From IMG/VR virus record IMGVR_UViG_3300028603_000028, positions 1-64,000 of that record: a stretch of 64,000 nt of DNA; one strand, 5' to 3'. The stretch is from a virus (Duplodnaviria; Caudoviricetes). Positions 59,092-64,000 of this stretch are shown here, one piece after another. How positions within the stretch are numbered: the stretch's first letter is position 1; each line of letters opens with the position of its first letter. The notes beneath the pieces are model-generated. The model was given only the letters and a program-made list of their open reading frames with translations, searched no databases and was not told where the DNA came from. The translations under genes and the position numbers were made by a program.

Positions 59092-59094
59092 CTT

Positions 59095-59133
59095 ACATAA
59101 TATATATATACTTTTTACTTGTTTTAACTATAT
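59095..59133 (-). promoter_or_regulatory. Class II promoter driving array 2
   Basis: TATAGTTAAAACAAGTAAAAAGTATATATATATTATGT directly abutting the first unit. Confidence 0.6.
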
Positions 59134-59150
59134 AAAGGTATAAAAAAGAC

Positions 59151-59540
59151 TTATTTTGTATAAGTCTTGTTTATGCTATACTTCTTTATTGTTCTGTTGA
59201 TGGTATTTCTATCTATATCTGCTAATTTAAATCTATTTAGACGAGATAACTGAGATACAGTTAGTCCTTTATTATTCTCTATTCCTATAATAATAATTGC
59301 TTCCTTAATTAATCTTAAGACTGTTGAATAAAGTAAAGGAGGTAATATTTCAGAGCCCACATTCAATATCTTAGTTAACTCATTTAAATTCCCATTTAAT
59401 GAAGTTAGTAATACTATTATAAAAGCTCTATAGTTATCATCTAAATTATCCCTACCTAACAGTTCTATAAACTTGTCGTACTCCTCATTATTTAATGTAT
59501 AATGATATGAGTAATCTTTGGCTGTGACTGGTCTAGTCAA
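59151..59540 (-). CDS. Hypothetical protein
   Basis: 129 aa, TTG start with GGAGAAGG. Confidence 0.7.
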   Translation of the reverse strand: MTRPVTAKDYSYHYTLNNEEYDKFIELLGRDNLDDNYRAFIIVLLTSLNGNLNELTKILNVGSEILPPLLYSTVLRLIKEAIIIIGIENNKGLTVSQLSRLNRFKLADIDRNTINRTIKKYSINKTYTK

Positions 59541-59541
59541 A

Positions 59542-60141
59542 TTATCCTTCTCCTAGCTCTTCTTCCTTATCTTGCACTTCTAATATAGCTTTCTCTACTA
59601 TGTATTCATCTATTATTGCTATAGCCAGTTTATTTAATAGTTCAGAGTCTTCTTCTTCTATTTCTGGAGCTATAGTACTCATTGTGCTAAACATATTAAC
59701 TAATTTACTTGATACTATTTCTTTAAGTAATTCTAACTTATACTTATTTAATCTATATCTACTTATTATCTTATCTAATAACTGTTCGTCTACAAAATAT
59801 ATGCTATCTATTGCTACGTCTTGTTTTAAGTAGCGGCACATATCTATATAATCTGCTTGGTCTTTTCTCTGCTTCTTTAATTTTCTTATATAAAGCGAAA
59901 TATATGACCTGGACCTATTATAGAAAAACTTCTCTAGATTTAGTTCTAACTTCTCCTGCTCAGTAAGACTTTTATATCTATCAAGTAGATACATTATAGT
60001 CTCTTGAATACAGTCTTCTCTCTCTGCAGTACCTTCATAAATCAATCTTCTGGGAACGTAACTATTTAAAAATACATAAAGTTGCTCTACTAATTCATCT
60101 ATAGTGATGTCATTAGGTATATTTGCCTGGAATAGAGCCAT
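59542..60141 (-). CDS. Sigma-factor-like protein
   Basis: EREDCIQETIMYLL...FFYNRSRSYI resembles sigma region 2. Confidence 0.5.
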   Translation of the reverse strand: MALFQANIPNDITIDELVEQLYVFLNSYVPRRLIYEGTAEREDCIQETIMYLLDRYKSLTEQEKLELNLEKFFYNRSRSYISLYIRKLKKQRKDQADYIDMCRYLKQDVAIDSIYFVDEQLLDKIISRYRLNKYKLELLKEIVSSKLVNMFSTMSTIAPEIEEEDSELLNKLAIAIIDEYIVEKAILEVQDKEEELGEG

Positions 60142-60149
60142 TTATTTTT

Positions 60150-60596
60150 TTAGTTTAGAAACGAGTCAATGTCTACTGGCGAGTCATCTTCGTCGAATTC
60201 TTCAACTTCATCGCTTTCAAAATATTCAGCTTCTGTTTCATTCCCGGTGTCAATCTCAATTTGTTGACCTGATTTTAATGTGTTTACAACTGCTTGTAGT
60301 TTATCAATTTTATTTTGTAATGCAGAGCGTTCGTGTAACGCGGTAACTGATTGAACTAATTTTGTTAACTCTGTAACTGGTTGAATTTGTGCCTTATTAG
60401 CTACTTCTAGCAGTTTGATAAGGTCTTTAGTTTCCATATCATTAATTTCTTCATCTGACTTTAAGATATTTAATAATTTGTCAGCTAATTCTTTAAATAT
60501 TGGGCTTACTGTTGTTTGATATTTAACGCTTGCTATAACTAAATCAGTTAGACTTTGTACAGTGTTTCCAATCAATACTTGATTTTTATCTTTCAT
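60150..60596 (-). CDS. Helical hypothetical protein
   Basis: 148 aa, acidic tail. Confidence 0.7.
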   Translation of the reverse strand: MKDKNQVLIGNTVQSLTDLVIASVKYQTTVSPIFKELADKLLNILKSDEEINDMETKDLIKLLEVANKAQIQPVTELTKLVQSVTALHERSALQNKIDKLQAVVNTLKSGQQIEIDTGNETEAEYFESDEVEEFDEDDSPVDIDSFLN

Positions 60597-60607
60597 ACTT
60601 TATTCTC

Positions 60608-61234
60608 CTATTTCAACTTCTCTATGTTTTGTTTATTTTTGAATCTCTCATTTATTGCAAATAAGAATTCATCGATGTCTGAGTTTATTAACCCCTTATA
60701 TCTTAATAACACTAGCAGTATTAAGAATGACTCAGCTTCATCATGGCTTAACTTCCTTACCTTCTCTGTCCCATCCTTTTTCAATTTATCTGGATTGTTA
60801 ATATTTATAGTAAAACCTACTTCTCTTAGTTTATCTATAATAGAATTAACAACGTATAAGCTTGCTTGTTTTTTATTTAATTTAAACTTCTTAGCGATTG
60901 GTGTATTTAAGTGTGCTACGTAACTAGGTTTAATAGAATATAATTCTTTTATTTTTTCTGTGCTATTAAGTTTACTATATAAAATACCTGCTAAGATTCC
61001 TAAACTAGATGCCTTAATAGAAGAGAATAGAGGTTCTTCTGTAATTACTATTGTATCACTGGTTATAAGTTCCTCTATTTTATCTGCTATGAAAGAAGCC
61101 CTGTTAAGAGTTAACAAAAAGTTGTCATTTGTTCCTACAGGGCTAATAGTGTAAAAGTCTATTTGTTTATTGCTTAAGTCTAATACTGTGATTCCTGTTT
61201 TAGTAAAAGATGGGTCTATTGCACATAATAACAT
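60608..61234 (-). CDS. RuvC-like Holliday junction resolvase
   Basis: AIDPSFTKTG, ITEEP, HDEAES. Confidence 0.85.
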   Translation of the reverse strand: MLLCAIDPSFTKTGITVLDLSNKQIDFYTISPVGTNDNFLLTLNRASFIADKIEELITSDTIVITEEPLFSSIKASSLGILAGILYSKLNSTEKIKELYSIKPSYVAHLNTPIAKKFKLNKKQASLYVVNSIIDKLREVGFTININNPDKLKKDGTEKVRKLSHDEAESFLILLVLLRYKGLINSDIDEFLFAINERFKNKQNIEKLK

Positions 61235-61241
61235 TAATTAG

Positions 61242-62015
61242 TTATTTAATTAAATCGTCTAGTGTAATTTCTGTTACTGGGTCTTCTTTTTCTTCTACTT
61301 TAGCCTTAGCTTTTGTTTTACTTGTTTTATCTGCTGTCTTAGTTGTAGCTGGTAAACCTAGCATATCATCTAAATCATATTCTGTAGTATCTACAACTTC
61401 TTCTTTTTTAGACTTCTTAACAGGCTTAGCTTCAACATCTGTGTCAAAATCTGTTGCAGTAGAGAATGCATCTACGTAATCTGTTCTACTACTTCCAATA
61501 GGTGTTCCTGTACCTGTTTTACATGCAGCATTAATATATGCCTTAACTCCGTTTTTACCTAGATAAGAATAAACATAGAATGAAAAGATGATTTCACCTT
61601 CCATACCTGAATATATCTCATCTAGTTCGTCTTCTTCTACCTCGTGAGCTCTACCTGTATCATTATTTAGAATAAATAATTTAGGTTGGCTTTGAGTAGA
61701 TGTTTTTAATACCCATTTACCTGCTTCTAACTCATTATCGTCATCACCTTTACGTAAAGGTAGATTTAATGTCTTAGGGTTAAATTTACCCTTCCATTTA
61801 TCTGCTTGACCTTCTTTAATTTTCTCGCTAAGGTATTCTCTAATTGCATTTAGTGTTTCTTCATCATGTATAATGAACTCTGTACCATAGTTACCTGCAC
61901 CGAATGAACCTTCCGGTCTTGGGAATGCTAAGTATGAATAACTAAATACTCCTGGATTAGTTTGAATCTCTGTAATTACACCTGATTCAGTGTGTCTTTT
62001 AACTCTTAAACTCAT
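61242..62015 (-). CDS. ssDNA-binding protein (DUF2815 / T7 gp2.5-like)
   Basis: FSYSYL, LPLRKGD, EIYSG, GVKAYIN; acidic tail. Confidence 0.85.
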   Translation of the reverse strand: MSLRVKRHTESGVITEIQTNPGVFSYSYLAFPRPEGSFGAGNYGTEFIIHDEETLNAIREYLSEKIKEGQADKWKGKFNPKTLNLPLRKGDDDNELEAGKWVLKTSTQSQPKLFILNNDTGRAHEVEEDELDEIYSGMEGEIIFSFYVYSYLGKNGVKAYINAACKTGTGTPIGSSRTDYVDAFSTATDFDTDVEAKPVKKSKKEEVVDTTEYDLDDMLGLPATTKTADKTSKTKAKAKVEEKEDPVTEITLDDLIK

Positions 62016-62035
62016 TTATATTAACTCCTTCTTTA

Positions 62036-62100
62036 TATATAATAGTATCTTAGTTTTAGTTTATGATTAGGTTTGTGCACAGTGCACAGTTAGAATCATT
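62036..62100 (-). promoter_or_regulatory. Class I promoter plus TGCACAG box (copy 1)
   Basis: ~62-bp direct repeat with the copy near 62549-62611. Confidence 0.75.
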
Positions 62101-62135
62101 GAAGATTAACAAGAATAGCTCTGTTAGCTATACTT

Positions 62136-62531
62136 TTAACCTTTAATTGTTTTTTTAGCCTTAATTGGCTCTGCTTCTGCATGTTCAGGCGAATATTCCT
62201 CATGTTCAGGTTTTACTTCCATAGGTTCTACTTCTACAGGTGCTACTGTTTGGGCAGGTTCATCTCTATCTATAGTAATAGAATATACCCTAACGTCTGC
62301 ACCGAATAGCATTGCTCTAGGTTCTACGTCATTTGCTGCTAATAGTTCAACTGTAACTGTGTTTGTCCTCTTATTTTGATGAACTGATATAACTTCAAAC
62401 ATTGATAATGCTGTTACTTCAGCAATTGTTTCTTCATCTACTAGGACAGCCTCTTTGTTTTCCTTCTGTAGGGCTATAATAGTAGATTCTTTGATGTCTT
62501 TAGCATCAATTACCTTATACTTTATTGTCAT
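62136..62531 (-). CDS. Hypothetical protein
   Basis: 131 aa, flanked by duplicated promoters. Confidence 0.75.
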   Translation of the reverse strand: MTIKYKVIDAKDIKESTIIALQKENKEAVLVDEETIAEVTALSMFEVISVHQNKRTNTVTVELLAANDVEPRAMLFGADVRVYSITIDRDEPAQTVAPVEVEPMEVKPEHEEYSPEHAEAEPIKAKKTIKG

Positions 62532-62548
62532 GTGTATTCCTCCTTACA

Positions 62549-62611
62549 TCTATAATAGTATCTTAGTTTTAGTTTATGATTAGGTTTGTGCACAGTGCAC
62601 AGTTAGAATCA
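62549..62611 (-). promoter_or_regulatory. Class I promoter plus TGCACAG box (copy 2)
   Basis: TATAATAGTATCTTAGTTTTAGTTTATGATTAGGTTTGTGCACAGTGCACAGTTAGAATCAT. Confidence 0.75.
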
Positions 62612-62632
62612 TCTGAATTTATTTATATTATG

Positions 62633-63097
62633 TCAGTTAATATATTTATCTAGTAAATCTTCTAAACTAGCCTTACCAGATTTATACAAAAGTTTAGTTT
62701 TCTCTAACTCAGTGTTTATTTCTTCTTTCTTTTCTTCCTTTGTGCTAAACATTTCTCCAAAGTTATCTGAATCTGGGTGTTCTGTAATAAATCTTTTTTT
62801 ATCTAAGTCTGACATTTTATTCCATAATGCCATACCTAGAGCATAAACGTCATAATTAAATAATTTCTCTAGCGCGTCAGTTACTTTATACTGTCTTTTC
62901 TCAGAAAAACAATATAACGATTCAGAGCCTTCATTGTCATATATTGCAGCTGAAGGTGTTTCTGTGTTTTCATGGAATGGACAAAAGCAAGGTTGACCTG
63001 CAACATAACGACCCTCTGGATTATATTTTTTTAACGTCTTTATTAAACTATATGATTCATTTACTAGTAATTTTAATTGCCACAGTTTTATTGTCAT
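62633..63097 (-). CDS. Primase-type CHC2 zinc-finger protein
   Basis: CFCPFHENTETPSAAIY...YCFS; no TOPRIM domain. Confidence 0.75.
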   Translation of the reverse strand: MTIKLWQLKLLVNESYSLIKTLKKYNPEGRYVAGQPCFCPFHENTETPSAAIYDNEGSESLYCFSEKRQYKVTDALEKLFNYDVYALGMALWNKMSDLDKKRFITEHPDSDNFGEMFSTKEEKKEEINTELEKTKLLYKSGKASLEDLLDKYIN

Positions 63098-63205
63098 TAT
63101 CTTTTGACTGCTCCTTTTCTTTATTTTTACCTATATAACCCACCTTCTTTAGGCCATATGTCATTTTTTGGTAGTCATCATAGTTATCCATATAGTCTCC
63201 TATCT

Positions 63206-63290
63206 CCAAATTTGACCCGGTTCGCATTTTAGCTTTAATTAAGCTAGTTACTCAGATTTATATTATAAATGCGAACAGGGCTAGTTTTGG
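63206..63290. repeat. Long inverted-repeat element, family member 2
   Basis: CCAAATTTGACCCGGTTCGCATTT ... AAATGCGAACAGGGCTAGTTTTGG. Confidence 0.7.
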
Positions 63291-63306
63291 CATCTATTTT
63301 CTTGTT

Positions 63307-63999
63307 TTAACTAATACTTATCAAATCTTCTAAACTAACACTAGCTTCTTCGTCAGAATCAAACACTGAAGCCTGAATTCCATCGTTTCTTAAGTTATTT
63401 AAAGGTCCAATATGAAAATACTCACCATAAACTTCTACTTGGAGTGGATTATCTGGGTTAAAGCCTTGTCTAGTCTTAGGAATATTTACTAACAAGGTAT
63501 TTTTTACTTCCCAGTCCTTGTATAAAGTTATCATAGTTGCGCTGGTTCTTTCCAATTCATGTGAATCAGAAGAACAGCTAGCATCATATCTACCCTTCTT
63601 CTTAGGTTTAGAAGCTTCTGCATGGGCGTCTCTAGACGTTTGTGTTACAGCAAATACTGTAATTTGCCTTTCTTCACCTAAGAAGTTTAACATTTGTTCC
63701 CTGAAGAAGCTTACCCAGTCATTTATTATTTGACCGTCATATGAAGCTTTTCGACCAGAGCCAGATTTATACTTAAGTAATGACATTTGGTCAACTACAA
63801 CAGCATCTAAACCTTTGCCTGTATCTTTCTTAAACTGATTATCTGCAAGTCTAAGTGTATTAGTCATATCTAGGAATGTATCATACTGTATCTTAGTAGA
63901 GTCCCAAAGTATAAAATGATTATCTAACTTCTTAACTAAATCATTATGAGTATCATTATAGATTTTCTTTTGTTCTGGTGTTAGTTTATTATCACGAAT
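63307..63999 (-). CDS. DnaB-like replicative helicase, C-terminal part (5' end outside the window)
   Basis: Frame open to the window edge; AVVVDQMSLL, AVTQTSR, SDSHELERTS, KTRQG. Confidence 0.85.
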   Translation of the reverse strand: MRDNKLTPEQKKIYNDTHNDLVKKLDNHFILWDSTKIQYDTFLDMTNTLRLADNQFKKDTGKGLDAVVVDQMSLLKYKSGSGRKASYDGQIINDWVSFFREQMLNFLGEERQITVFAVTQTSRDAHAEASKPKKKGRYDASCSSDSHELERTSATMITLYKDWEVKNTLLVNIPKTRQGFNPDNPLQVEVYGEYFHIGPLNNLRNDGIQASVFDSDEEASVSLEDLISIS

Positions 64000-64000
64000 C

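Noticed and set aside
60150-60596. Terminase small subunit
   Set aside because: Only a generic helical pattern, and far from terL; not enough evidence
182-63733. Plus-strand ORFs in the six-frame track
   Set aside because: They are antisense shadows of minus-strand genes or tRNAs, with low-complexity Ser/Leu/Ile/Phe composition and no recognisable domains
1-64000. Stop-codon recoding (code 4 or 15)
   Set aside because: Long core genes are intact in code 11; TGA (ATGA overlaps) and TAG end conserved genes; no suppressor tRNA seen

Overview
A 64-kb, very AT-rich segment of a large T4-like (contractile-tailed) tailed-phage genome. Essentially all genes are on the minus strand and use the standard bacterial code (TGA is a stop). 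In window order: a tRNA cluster (9 intact tRNAs, 1 decayed), accessory genes (CBM5/12 protein, truncated DNA ligase, sigma-like factor, BspA/LRR protein, paralog families), neck, terminase, baseplate, tail fibre, tape measure, tube, sheath, major capsid, prohead protease, a standalone group II-like reverse transcriptase, holin, portal, GIY-YIG nuclease, a second neck gene and a replication block (sigma-like, RuvC, SSB, primase Zn finger, DnaB-like helicase running off the end). Surface-protein types and the lack of any visible peptidoglycan hydrolase hint at a wall-less Acholeplasmatales-like host (inference). The top candidate for a new system is the RT (47521-48756) together with two promoter-driven arrays of ~190-bp structured non-coding repeat units (58529-59091, 3 units; 11072-11459, 2 units). 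Each unit has invariant flanks and loops, covarying stems and, in four of five units, a closing inverted repeat. Array transcription is predicted on the minus strand, yet the inner hairpins fold best as the plus strand, i.e. as the would-be cDNA. The RT-array link is inferred, not shown. A predicted UUU_CGA +1 frameshift in the tail chaperone is the next most notable signal. All product calls come from motif recognition by eye, with no database searches.
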